The translations under genes were made by a program, and so were the position numbers. The notes below the pieces were generated by a model. It saw only the letters and a list, made by a program, of their open reading frames with translations, was not told the origin of the DNA and did no database searches. Shown here one piece after another: positions 12,165-25,339 of a DNA stretch of 64,000 nucleotides. The DNA comes from Paraspadella gotoi (taxonomy: Eukaryota > Animalia > Chaetognatha): the NCBI GenBank assembly GCA_051294375.1, contig JBJCIZ010000239.1, positions 1,816,581 through 1,880,580 of the forward strand. Direction: 5' to 3'. Numbering within the stretch: the stretch's first letter is position 1; every line of letters begins with the position of its first letter.

Positions 12165-14080
12165 TCACTCAAAATCCTTGTTCTGATTCCAAGGGACGGG
12201 AGCCGCAGTCGTTTCTCCCTTCAGTCCCAACTTCTTCTCGATGTTGAAGCACAACATTTGCGCGCGGAGAGATTGGTTCTTCGTTTTTTCGATGACCTAA
12301 AAAATAAAAATCGGAAAAAAAGATTTATAAAACAGTTACTTTCCCCATCAAACAAAATCCACCGTCCCAAACTTCACTCGCCTGTTGGTATGGCGACACC
12401 CCCAACGTTCCCATGACGACGTGTCCCTTTTCCGAATCGATCTTGGCGTCGAGTCGGGCGTTGCGGATCATGTTGACGACCCACTTCTCCGCGTCCTCCT
12501 CCGACATGTTCAGCTTCTGGGCCAACATGTTGATGGAGATGCACTGGTGGATTCTGGAAAATGGAGGGAAGGTGGGTAAATTAAAGCCGAGCTGCTTGTT
12601 TGAGTCGCCTTTAAAAGGGTTCCTCACCTGCAGAAAGTCTCGAAGATGAAGAGCCGGGCGTTCTCGATGAAGTCCTCTAGGCAGGCGACGAGGAAGAAGT
12701 CGTTGTTGATGACCGTCTCGCACTCACGAAGCTTCGTCTGCGCCGCGTCGAAGTCGAAGGAGACGTACAGACACTCGATAAATTCTGGAGTGGAGATGAT
12801 TTCAAAATATAAGTCCGTATGTCCGTATGTTTATATTTTTACTTAAATTTCTGTCTCATATCGAATCGATTAGGCTCAATTAAAAAAGTTAAATATTTCC
12901 TTCTAAAGGTACAAAAGTAACTACGTATAAGCATTTATTTAAATTATGGCAATATGCAAATGAGATTGAGGTAAAAAAATATGAATATTCTGCCAGTATC
13001 GGTTACCCGTGATGGGATCCCTGTACGTGTACGACTCCTGTTGAATGACTTTGACGAGATCTTTGATCACGTTTTTTCTTCTCTTGTTGGTGATGACGGC
13101 GGTGGTGAGGTACCGCAGGATGTGGGGACACATGGTTTGTATCGTGTTGAGGTACTGAGGCTGAAATTAAGAGAAATTCCCGAGGGCGAAACTTAAAATG
13201 AATTTAAAATTCGGCGCCAAACTAAAGCGCGCCGTGCAGGGGCTAAAAAAAAAGGTCTAGAGGCAAGAAAAAAAAACCTAAACCAGACTCGGGGGGAAAA
13301 AGTAAAATCGTAATTAAAGGAGACGACCTAAAAAAAATCAATCTTTTCTCACTCCCCCCCCACCCTTCAAATAAGATTCCCATCACCCTTCCCCCACCCC
13401 CCATCGTCGGGGTTTATATGGTTTATATTGTTTGTATTGCGTGGCTAAGCCGAGCTTACCTGAGAGGTCATTGTTATTACTATCGCTTACCGATGCTTGC
13501 CTTTTGCTTACCTTCAGTTCTTGATCTCTAAAGACTCATTAAATCCTGCGATATTGATACTCTCAGAAGGGTGAGCAAGAGAAGGTAAACCCCGCTCATC
13601 AAACAAACCTGAAATAAAAAGAGATCGATGATGTGATCTCTGCCTTTGGGATGATTGAAAAAAACGAAGAGGGACCAGTGAATGAGCCAGGCGCGCTGCT
13701 GCAGGGCCTGGAGGGGATTGCCCATCCCGCCCAGAGACATTCCACCCAAAGCGCCGCTTCCGGCGTCGATGATCTCCTTGATTCGATTCACGTCTGGGGA
13801 ATTATTTGATATTTTTAATTAATTTTTGTTTTTTTTTTTAAATTACTTATAATTAAAAAAAAAGCCCTTTGTCGCTTTCCCCAAACCTTCCAACGCCGTG
13901 TCCCAATTTTGCATCAAGATCTCGGAAGCGAGTTTTCCCCACAAGGCGTTCATGAAGTTTTTATCGCTGGAGGGGGCGAGGACTCTGTTGGAAAAGGACG
14001 ATGACTGTTGAGCGATGGGATTTATTTAATTATTTAATTATGAAATTATTGCGCGCTTCTACCGACCTGTGAAAGTACAA

Positions 14081-14131
<51 letters not shown>

Positions 14132-14773
14132 GCGCGCTTCTACCGACCTGTGAAAGTACAAATATTCCGCGGCTCCGGAATAGTTTCCGCACTCGTACTG
14201 GAACTTGGCGAAGTTGTAGAGGACGTCGAGATACTCGGTCTTGAAGCCGTGTTCCTTCTGGAGAGTCTCGAACAGTTGGCGTCCGTCTCGAGAGCTTTGG
14301 ATCTGTCGGGTCACGTCGGTGTCCTCGAGGATCTTGTTCGAGAAAAAAAAAAATAAAGATACTAAAAATTTTGTTTGGTATTACGAAAATTATTTAAAAT
14401 AATAATAAAAATAGTAAGAGTATTATTTTCAAAAACCCTATCAAATAGAAACCTTACAAAATAACGAAAAGTTGACAAAAATACAGTTGAAATACCAGTT
14501 TTCAACATTCTGCAATATGTAAATGAGTTTCAAGAGCACTAAATTAATATTTAAAAAAAATTGAAACCTGTGTGATGGGAACGACGTCGGCTTGCAACTG
14601 TTTGAGCTGCGCGACGACGCTGACTCTCTTGTCCCGGAGCTCCTTGGGAACTTCCTTGTCCTCGTAGAGTTGGCGAAAGACGTCCATGGCGAAGTCGACC
14701 ATGTTCGTCTTGGAGAGAAGCTCCAGTTTTCCCTTGAGCATGTCCTGTTTCAGAGACCAAATAAGGGAGTATA

Positions 14774-14804
<31 letters not shown>

Positions 14805-14959
14805 CCAGGGAGTTAAACATGAACCAGACGAGAGAGAGAAAAAAAGGAACTCACCTTATCGTCGTAAAGTTCTTTCTCGGGTAAAAATTCCAGCAGGGGA
14901 AAGACGAGGTGACGGTCAAGGTAGGGCGACATCCGCGAAGTCAAATCGAATTCGGCCAT
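12165..14959 (-). CDS. EIF3E: Translation initiation factor 3 subunit E (INT6), multi-exon
   Basis: [84 protein letters not shown] and VSPYQQ|VIEKTK. Confidence 0.97.
14045..14163. repeat. ~38-bp direct duplication of an eIF3e exon end/donor, with an (AAT)n tract between the copies
   Basis: gcgcgcttctaccgacctgtgaaagtacaa occurs at 14051 and 14132 (period 81 bp). Confidence 0.95.
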
Positions 14960-16675
14960 TTTTTTTTTAAATTGTTTTGATTCAAGAGAGTCACTTAAAA
15001 CCTAAAACAAATCTTGGGCGACAAAAAAATCGGGTAAACTTTGTTGTTGGTTTGTTTTTAATAAATAGACAATATGTAAAATGAGTACATAAACGATTCC
15101 AACGAGTCTTAAAAAACAAAAAAAAATAAATTAAATAAAATATCACAGAATGTGGAAAATCTTGAGAGGATGATGAGTTTCCAAATCTCCGCGTTAAAAG
15201 TTTCTTGGACACTCGAGGTTTTTTATGGGATCAACATATCCGCGCGGGAGAAAACTTTTTAGACCAAAAATCATCTGCGTAGAAGAAAATTCAAAAATGA
15301 TGTAAACAAATTAAAAAAAAAACAACAAACACAAAAAACTAGTCCAGAAATTCGTCAAACCAAAATTTTGTTTCGTGTGCGCTCGACTATTTATTTCTGG
15401 TTATTTATAAATTAATAAGACGGGTTACAGGTGGGTAAAAAAAATCAATTTGTTTTTCATTCCGAAACGGTGAAGATACATTTAATGAATTATGCAAAAA
15501 AAATATTAAGAAACGGAATTTCTCAATTAATTAAATACGTTACGTATAAACTATAAGTTCTTTCTCCTTATCGACAATACGGTTAAATATAGAGGAGTTA
15601 CAGTTAATGGTGCCGTGTCACATAAGTTTCGTTTGCGGGCGATACGCCATTGGTTAACATATTTTTTTTAGGAACTGACACTTAAATATTACTAACGGTG
15701 AACATTAGGTAATTTTTGGGTTTATTTCGCTTGCAAAGATTAAAAGATTACGGGAGAGAGAGAGAGAAATATATTGAGCAATAATTATGGTCAAAAAAGA
15801 ATCTAAAAATTCGTGAAAGTTACGCTATTTCGAAAGCTAAGGTGGGTAAACGGATTAGGCGATGACGGGAAGGAAAAAAAGGGGAAAAAAACAAAAAACT
15901 GGCCGGTCAAACGTCCTATTCTGCCCACGCAATCGGCTTACTTGGTAAAGAATAAATTGGGTCAGTAACTATATCATTTACAATGTTAATTTGCACTTAC
16001 GAGTACGAAATATGACTGGACGTTAACATATGCCAAACTGGGTTTGTGTGTGATCAGGGGGGGTAAGGAGTCAAAGGAGGTTCGCGATATCGCGCTAGTT
16101 TTTAGGGAAAGTTAATATGTCTTTAAAAAATAATAGTTCTACGAGTCGGTTATTTGCAAGACCCTATCGCCTCCTGGCGGATTAGGGTTAATATTTGTAA
16201 TCGATCGAAGAGGTCGAGTTGTCAGAAAAAGATTTGACTGTCTATGTTGCTCGAGAGATGTGGTTATTTCATCTGAACATTTTCGGGTTTAGTTTGAAGG
16301 GGCAGAAGGGGGCAGTTGTGGGCAGAAGGGAAAAAATGAAAAAAAAAGAAGAGGGTTATAAGCTGCATTGATCATGGGTCAAAAATTTATTACAAAGGGG
16401 AGAAAAATCGTTAATTATTTTCTTTTCCGGTTACAAACTAGAAGAATTAAAGAAAATTAAAGATGTCATTAGTAGCCGAGGCTATAAAAATGTGAATAAT
16501 CAAAAAAAAAAAAAACCAAACAAAGAAAATTAAATTCACACAACCTTTAAAGGAAGAGGTTTTCCACCAGTTACGAGCAAATCAATCAATCAACTACAGA
16601 CAATACACAATCCCATCAGAAAACTCACTAAGCCCCCCCCTCCTTCCTCTCACCTTATAAAAAAAGTTTTTATTC

Positions 16676-17967
16676 CTAGTGAAATCCGCCGCGCGCGCCG
16701 CCTCCCAGGTATGACGATTGGCGTCCGCCCCCGCCGCCTCCTCTGCCCCCGCTACCTCGAGAGTTGCCGTTGCCCCCGATGAGCGGGTAGGGTTGGACTC
16801 TAAGTGACATACCGGCGCCGTTACCGCCCATGCCACCGCTCATGCCTGCCATGCCATGCCAAGGAAGAAGGGCGGTATTAATACTAAAACTTCGGACAAA
16901 AAAAAAAGTCTCTCATGGTCACTTACCGAATCCGGCCGGGCCCATGGCTTGTCCGGGGCCGGGGCCGAATCCACCTCTGGGTCCCCCGCGGCCACGAACG
17001 GCGCTCTGCATCTTTCCGCCACCGACTCCCGTCCCGTATTCGTTTCCGCTGCCCCACGAATATCCGCCGTAGAAACTGGAACCGAAGGAAAAAAAAAGTA
17101 GAAGAGTGTATCATCTGTTAAAATAATAAAGAATATTGTAAAATATCAAAATATAATCTGTTATATGCACTGTGCCAGACCTTTCGCCGAACGAATCTCC
17201 AGCGCCGTCGGCGAAGAGGTTTCCCCCGGCGGTGGGATATCCTCCACCGCCGCCTCCACCGCCGAATCCTCCTCCTCTTCCTCCTCCCATCATCATTCCG
17301 TTATTCCCTGCGCCCCCGGGCGGAATTCGCCCGTAGGGGTGATGTTGCTGTCCGTGGAATCCGCCACCGCCGGCCATGAGGGGCGTGGGGTGAGGGTTCA
17401 TGAGTTTGGGCGGGAGGCTGGCGGCCCCGAGGATCCCGCCGGGGCCCACGGCCGCCCGTTTCTTCTTGTTGTCCTCGAGGAATCTCTGTTGCTCCTTCTT
17501 GACTTCGTCGTCTTCGGGATTTTCCGGGAGGACGAGGAGTTTCTTGCTCTCCTCGATGCACTTTTGGAGGCGGATGGAGGCGCGTTGCGGCTCATCCAAG
17601 GCTTGGAAAAGGGGAGTTACGAATGTTCACCATTACGATAGATGAAATGTAAATATAATTTAATATGTATTAATTACGTTGTCTCAGGTTTATATGATCC
17701 TCCTATACTTTTCCCAAACAAACCCAACTCAATCCAGCAGAATGATATAAAAACGCATGTATATTTTTAGATAGGCTAGATAGGTTTTTATTTATTGTAA
17801 TTTAGTTAAAAATTACTCATCATAAACTGCAGATAACCTTAAGCCATAAAAGCGCCCGATCTTACCGGTAATGAGGATGTGCAACGGCTCCTTCAAACTG
17901 TCCATACTCGGCTTCCATATTCCCGACGCGACCTTGGAAAATCAAGGACAAAGGGATAAAGTTGATT

Positions 17968-18022
<55 letters not shown>

Positions 18023-19962
18023 CCTCAATTACCTCGCTTTCCCTGACTGATCCTTTTCCCCTCAACGAGACTTTACAGCCAGTTTTGTTCTCCAGGGATT
18101 TGAGGGTGACGCCGCCTGGACCGATGATGCGGCCGACCCAATTGAAGTCCGGCTTCTCGTCGACGGGGATGGGGACTTTGGCCGTCAACGTCACCTTTTC
18201 CTCGCCTGCGACGAACAACAAATCTCGTTTACATAATGTAGGAAAATATTACTGAATTTGAATTCAATTTTTTTGTTTCAAAACAATATGTATTAAATTG
18301 TTTGCGATAAAATGCATTGAAATTAAAAAAAAACAAAAAAACTCTGAAATATGCATCAAAATCCTTATTTCATTACAAAATAAATATTACAAAGAAAAAA
18401 TTACTTCTCTGAAATACAGTCATAAACCTCACCGCTGGACGAAGGCAAGGAGAGTTCCTTCTCGTAATCCACGGGCTTCTCCTCGGACTCCGACTCTTCC
18501 ATGTCTTCCTCGTCGGGGTTGTAGTTGCCCTCCATCATCTTGGCCAACCTCAACTGCCTGGACTTGACCTCGTCGACTTCGCCAACCTTTGGGATGGTCC
18601 AGAGGTTGTTCAGGTCTAAAAAAAGCAACGAAGAGCGGGAGGGGGAGTTGGCTCGGGATTAAGTGACGTTGGTGATCAAGTAGAATCCGACCTCTGTGAG
18701 CGGCTTCCATCTTTATCCGGGCTCTGGTAGGCGTGTCTTTGCAAGCTATGATCACGTGAAGCTCCTCATCGTCTCCTGAACATTAAAGGATAACATTTAA
18801 AGCATTTCGACGTTAAAATTCTTTAAAATAGCCTTTTCTCAGAAATTCTCGCACCTGGCCTGGGCTTTTGCCCTTTTCTCAACGACTGCTTTCCGCGAAT
18901 GGTGACTTTGGTTCCGGTGTTGGCTTCTAACGCTTGGAGGATGACTCCCTGAGGACCTAATAATCTTCCCACCTTAAAGAATTGGAGAGAGAACGAGAAA
19001 AAGAGAAACATTTAGAAAAAAATTTTTCCTGAATTTTTACTAAAGTCTATCAACTCCAAAGCCACACTCACCATGTTTATATCTTTTCTCATGTCGGGCA
19101 ATTTCGGGGCAAAGACTTTGTCGGTCAGATCTTCCTCATCCTCATCAGGGTCGGGCGGCGGAAGAAGGAGTTCGCTGGTCACCATGTCGCCTAGAGAATT
19201 TCAAGCAAAGTACCAAAACGACGATCTAACGAACAATAAGGATTTAATCATTCGTATAATTTAATATCCTATTTACCGAGCAGACTGGTGTCCTGCGGAA
19301 GCATCTTGGCCGCGTTTTCAATCTCCTGATTTAAGAGGCGAATGACGTGGAAGGTGGAGAAGCCGTACATCGGAAGAGCTGTGATCACCTGGAGCGATAA
19401 CAATAACAAATGAAGGAGTCAAGGTGGGAGTGCACCTCCACCAAATAAGAAATACGGATGAATAGAATGGGAAATGCAATGCAATACAATACAGGCATCA
19501 GCCACAATAGGAACGATGGAAATAATAATAAATATATAAATAATAAATATCAATCAATGAATAATAAATGAATAGACACGTAGTGAAATGTTTCATTTGT
19601 CAATGAATAAAAGTACGATAATGAATCTTCACGAAAGTTTCTTAACAGAAATAAGAAAAAAAAACGGAAAGCGGTGAAAACAGAGATTAATGATGAAACT
19701 AGAAATCAAAGATCAATAAAACAAAGCTCCGGTTGAAAGCCCCGCCCCGCGAATCTCGTATGAACCACCACCGCCACCCAACGGCCCCCAAGCAATAACT
19801 CACCTTTTTGTCGTGAATCAACTGGCCGAGGTATTCCGGGCAAGATGGACCGGGTCCGTCGATCTTCAGTCTTTTGGCACCTTTGGCCGGAGGATCGACT
19901 TGGAGAGACAAGAGGGGCTTGACGAAATCCTCCGACATCACCGCGTCTCCATTGAGAGACAT
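16676..19962 (-). CDS. STAR/Quaking-Sam68 family RNA-binding protein with QUA1 + two KH-QUA2 modules + RGG/Gly tail
   Basis: QUA1 EYLGQLIHDKK...HVIRLLNQEIE; KH1 VGRLLGPQG..TGTKVTIRGKQS..ELHVII; QUA2 DEVKSRQL; KH2 FNWVGRIIGPGG..TGCKVSLRGKGS..EPLHILI; DEVKKEQ; Gly/RGG tail ending GGFH*. Confidence 0.85.
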
Positions 19963-20260
19963 TCTTCTTATCTTTTTCTCTTTAGTTTTTTTTTTCTTTT
20001 TTTTTTCTCTAATTATTTTCTTCGTCCCTTTTTTTTTAAATGTTTTTCTTTTCTAATTATGATTCATTGTAAATCGGGGTTCGAGGGGGGGGCTAAGAAA
20101 AAAAAAATAAGTGGGTTAAACATGAAAAAGATTTTTGTTTCAGCCGATGGCAGCGGAGAGGGAATAAGAAATGTATATCACAATTAAACTAAGTGCAACA
20201 CACGATGAGGAGTTTTATATACATCGTTTCTTTTTTTTCTATTTCCCGTCCCACTCCAAC

Positions 20261-22191
20261 TCAGGCGATGGCGGCCAAATAGTCCTTGACTTCGGCGGGC
20301 GAGAGTCTTTTAAAACCCGACTCGTTGCATAGACCGATTTCGATATTGTCCTCCGTCATTTGACCTGAAATTGAAATAAGGGCGAAACATGCAAAGTTAT
20401 AATTTACAGAAGTTAAAAGTTTATAGTATATGGTTGTAATTGGGGGAAGTATTCCGAGATATCATTTTTCAATGGGAAACGAGCGTTGTATCATGGGCCG
20501 GTAACATTAAATTTCTTTTATAATTATATGAAATTGGTACAACCAATATAAAAATTATCCATTCATTTAATAAATAAGCTATCTTGCCCCTGACTTTGGA
20601 CAGGCTTTGGTGGTTTAAGGCCTCCATCACTCTTACAAGATAATGACATAGCAGGTCCCTGCAAGCTTTCAATTAAGACTCTCTCACAGTCTCGTTTATT
20701 CACACCCAGAGTACCCTTTAAACAAATTCTAAAGTTTCCTAGAAATATTTTTAAAACGTATATATTTCGTTGACATCCCCGCTTCTCCCGAACTCACCCT
20801 CGAAGGACTCCTTCAACGTGAGAATGGCCGTGTGGACGGCGTCCTCGAGCTCCAGCTGCTCGTTGTATCGCTTCTCGAGAAAGGCCTTTCCGCTGACGAA
20901 GTTCTTCCCGATGGCCGTCGCCTTCCAGGCAAAGTACGAACCCTGGCGGAGAAAGAAAAAAGAGGATATGAGGACAATAACGAGAGGAGAGTCAGGACGA
21001 AGAAAACTCACCGAGGGGTCGCACTGGAAAAGGTAAGGGCGACCCTCGTCCCAACCAACGAGGAGAACGGAAACGCCGAAAGGGCGGACGCCGCCTTGTT
21101 GCGTGTATTCCTGAGAGAAATATCTCTGTCATTTTGCGTCATCACTTTTTCATTAATCAAATATCGATAAGAAGAGAGTAACGGTGATATTTAACGAGCT
21201 ATAGATACTGTAGATTATTAGATAGTGTAAAATAACTTACCTGCATGACGCTGGCGACGCGTTGGACGAGTTGCGCCGTGGGGATGGGCTCTTGGTAGGT
21301 GAGGAAATAGTTTTGCGCCAACTTTCTCGCGCTTCTGACTAGCAAGCGATAGTCCGGGCCCATGCCGCTGTAGACCATGCCCACGTGTTTGGTGATCTGT
21401 TCGATCTTGCAGATGGAATGTTCGTCGTTCAACATGCTCTTTTGTTTTTTCTCCGTTGCCACGACGACGCCGTTGGCGGCCTTAATGCCGACGGAGGGCG
21501 CGCCTGCGGGGGCGGGAGAGAGAGAGAGAGAGATAAAGGGAAATACAGAACGAGTCCCTTTTGGCGGAATGGCGTCGCCGCCCATGAAGAACTTTTGTAG
21601 TGGATTAATTTGATACATACATATATATTAGAGGCTCTAATAGAGCGTAGTGAAAGTTACATACGAAAATTCTAAATGTCAATTATGAACAACATACCAT
21701 CAATGAAAATTAATTTGCAAAAAAAATTAATTTTATGTAAATCATTTTTAAATATTCTTTCATTAAGTGGGTTAAAAATGAAAAAAACTATATTTAATAA
21801 ATAAAATAAATGAAAGATTTATATTTCTTTATATCAACTTTTCATGGCGAATCCAAATTTGCAAAAAAATCTTACAAAAACTATTTTAACATTTATTGGT
21901 TTAGTACTAGTATAAATATGGCCTACTGCGTAAATTGTAAAATTTATTATAAAATTTTTTTATACATAAATGTTCATTAGTATAATGTGGTTCGTTCATC
22001 ACTTTTAGAATTTTAATTAAAGTTAAATTTAGAATTTTTACTACGCTTTAATATATATATATATATACATTTACAGATACATCCCCCCTGTTATACTTAC
22101 CCTGCTTGACGGCTTCGAGAGCGTATTCTATTTGCACCAATTTTCCCGACGGCGAGAAGGTTGTCAGGGAAAAGCTGTATCGTTCCGACAT
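20261..22191 (-). CDS. PSMA2: Proteasome subunit alpha type-2
   Basis: [63 protein letters not shown] and [10 protein letters not shown]. Confidence 0.97.
21637..22050. mobile_element. Possible degenerate MITE in PSMA2 intron 1
   Basis: TAGAGCGTAGTGAAA near 21640 and TTTTACTACGCTTTA near 22040 form an imperfect inverted pair next to TA-repeat runs. Confidence 0.3.
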
Positions 22192-24222
22192 TTTTTTTTC
22201 CTTTCTTCCTCAAAGTTTGTCTGTTTATAAGAATTTCTTTTTTTAAGCAACTGAAATTTTTTTGAGATCATGAAATATTACATAAAAAAAAAATTGTTTC
22301 CATGAAAAGTTGAAATATAATTTTTTGCTTTGTTTTCTAATAATAGACTAACTCTCGAGATAGAAAAAAAAATTTGCTCAAAAGAAATACCTCCCGAACA
22401 GGAAAAAAAAAAAACTTTCGAAAACAGATCTTGCCACTTGGAATGTATATGAGAATATTCGGAGAGACTAGTAAACGTACGAAAGTAGACTTTCACATCA
22501 CGAACGTGGGAAAGAGAGAGTGATAGAGAGACTAACGGTTTTAAGTTTAATTCAGTAAGGTGATAGCCAAATCATGAAGAATTAATACCCCAAAAAATAA
22601 ACTTCTACAAAAAAAGCAGGGGAAAGAGCGAGCAACGCTATCGATATATCGTACGCTGGAAGTACAAACTGGGTACAAAAAGAGGTATTTTACGTTTTTG
22701 TTTTTGTTTTTTTTTTTTTAAATTACAAAACTGGCGTTTTGCTCTGAAAGTTTAAAACTGATTCGTTAACTGGTTAAGGCTTATTCGTTAATAACAACTG
22801 GTTGAGCGATGATCCCACCACCACAACCCAGGGGTAAATAATTTCGTCGGCAAGCGACTAAACGTTGCATGGCAGCGAGTAATCGATTTGGATATGGCAA
22901 TATTGCAGTTCGCTTAATTTAATCACATTCGGCAGATACTGTTTTTTTTTTTTTGATTAACTAAATAATTTTTAAATCTCTCGAATAAAAAAAAAACAAT
23001 TACAGTTGCAAGGGGAACTAGCAAATTGCCATTTACAAATAAATAACTGGCATATCTAATACGTATTTGTTCAGAAAAAATAGATATCTTTCTAAGCTAA
23101 ACAAAAACAGTCCCGGCAACCATTCTTAATTTTATCCGTCACAAACGATCTAATTGATATAAGTGAAAACGCATACCTGTGACCCGAGCTGTAAGATGTA
23201 CAGCGCAAACAGTAGTGGTTGACTAACTATAGAAAATTCCAAACTTTAAAAATGTTTTGATTAAAGGGTGAAAAATTGTTTATTTCGTACTAAAATCACG
23301 TTGTGAATACGTAACGCAATCGACGATGATAAAAAGCCTTTTCTATAAAAAATACAGAGCGATTACAAATTAAGACATAGAGAGGCATAACAATGGGACT
23401 AGAAGAACCGCTGTCTGGATGTAGCAAGACTATTGGCTCAAAAGGCAGTAGAAAAAAAATAATTTGCTGTTAAAACCGATCAATCTATGTAACACTAAAA
23501 ACGACAACAATGTTAGCTCACTCTTAGACCATTTTGACAAGGTTAGTTAAGATCTCCAAAAAATAAAACACGTTCTACAAGAGTATTAGACGTCAACTAA
23601 GTCTATGGGTTAAAAGAAAAACAGACTAGTAAATACTTAGCACAAACCTTGTACAACTAAATGAGAAGAATTAAATCTGACTGTCGAGACGAGCTTCGCA
23701 AAAATATAGATATATATTTTTCAAAACTTCAGTTTTAAATTTGGTCTCAGGTAAACCAACCAGTGGCAACCACCCCCCACTCCCAAAAAAAGATTATTAA
23801 AAATTTATCAACACTTAATAGTAAGTCGGTGATTTACAAATAATAAAAAAGTAAAAAAAAAAACAAAGGCACTCACAAGCTTTAAAATAGCTCTTACTTG
23901 TGCCAATAAAAAAAGACCGTAACTTTAACGTGCCCCTCACCTTTCCTCAGTGAAATAGGGAAACTCGACGAAATACTTTGCTGAATTCGTTACACAACGT
24001 CTTGCACAAAATCACGAATGACGAATTTAAAAAAAAGGGAAAAAAAAAACAAACCCAAAAAACAATAAAAAACCTTGGGAGAAGATGAGGGGGTGAGCGT
24101 AGGGGAAAGATTAGAGCCAAACGCGAAGGTCCGGAATACTGCGGGGGTAATTTAAAAAATAAGGGAGGAACTTCCCCTCCTCCCTTTTTAACACAATTTT
24201 CCACCCCAGGGGCGCGCCGCGG

Positions 24223-25151
24223 TCAGCAATTGCAGGCGCCGGCGCCGGTCTCCCCGCCGCCCATCCCCCCGTCGCCGTTGGTCAACCGTTGACCCTTGGG
24301 CTGCTGACCCAAGGGAATCCCACCGTTCGACTCCACGTTTTCGATGGATTCCGCCATCGTCTCGCAAATGATGTCGACGAGCCGCTCGAACACGACTGAA
24401 GGGAGCGGATATTGAACGTCAACTCTTAAGAGGTTACGGGTTATTGAGCAGATGGAAATTAACTGCCCGTTAAAACAGAAAATATTTAAATTTATTTCAC
24501 TTTGCCCAATGCCCAGGTTCGCCCCGCCGATAGATTTCTTTCCCACAGTTGAGACCCACTGGCTAATCAAGAAAGCCATAGTCTTATCATCACTTAGTTA
24601 ATAGTCTATCTCAAACACGGTAACTTCTCTACGGGACGGCCCTAACCCACCCCTGGGGGAGTAGCGACCCCTCAAGCCTAGTTCCAAGCCCAGGACCCCC
24701 GTTCCATTGCTGGACAGGGGGTTTAAGAATTTACCGAATACGGATAATAGTCTTAAACCTACTAAGCGCCTTATTTACACAATAATCTACCTTTAACGTT
24801 GATATTTTCCTTGGCCGACGTTTCAAAGAAATGGAGACCCAACTGGTCGGCCAGCATCTTGCCTCGTTCCGTGGAGACGACCCTCTCCTCCTCCATGTCG
24901 CACTTGTTGCCCACGAGTATCACCTTGATGGGGAAACAGATTTTCTACATCACCATCATTCATCAACAAAAGCAAAAAAAACTAACCTGAGCGTTGTCCC
25001 ATGAGTAAGTCTTGATCTGAGTGCACCAATCTTGAACGGCGCTGAAGCTCTCTTCGTTCGTAACGTCGTACATGAGGATGAATCCCATGGCTCCTCTGTA
25101 ATAAGCCGTCGTGATCGTGCGGTATCGCTCTTGACCCGCCGTGTCCCATAT
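24223..25151 (-). CDS. RAB3: Rab3 small GTPase, last three coding exons; 5' exon(s) not visible, probably in the gap
   Basis: [72 protein letters not shown] and C-terminal CNC prenylation motif. Confidence 0.93.
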
Positions 25152-25339
25152 CTTAAGGGAAGCGAGAGAAAGAGAATGAATAAAACGAGACTGATCCGAG
25201 TGGTGACTTCAGTTTCATTTTTAGGGTCATTACATCTAAACAGGAGATCACCAATTCGAAAAACGTTAAAAGTGTATTTTGAGTAAACAGTGTTTCAGAA
25301 ACATTTTGAACTAGTCATCGGAAAAAATTACTATTACTC

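Noticed and set aside
13510-13602. Box C/D snoRNA (TGATGA...CTGA) in the eIF3e intron
   Set aside because: The C box is only about 6 nt from the donor, there is no terminal stem or recognisable rRNA guide, and the cassette-exon reading fits better. Not excluded without Rfam.
15690-15725. Spliced-leader RNA gene (AGGT plus Sm-like AATTTTTGG)
   Set aside because: The donor-like and Sm-like motifs abut with no intervening stem-loop, and such motifs are expected by chance in AT-rich DNA. No SL RNA gene was identified in the window.
20573-20605. Short match to 51744-51777 (aataagctatcttgcccct..ctttgga)
   Set aside because: Only about 30 bp shared; probably a repeat remnant and too short to define an element.
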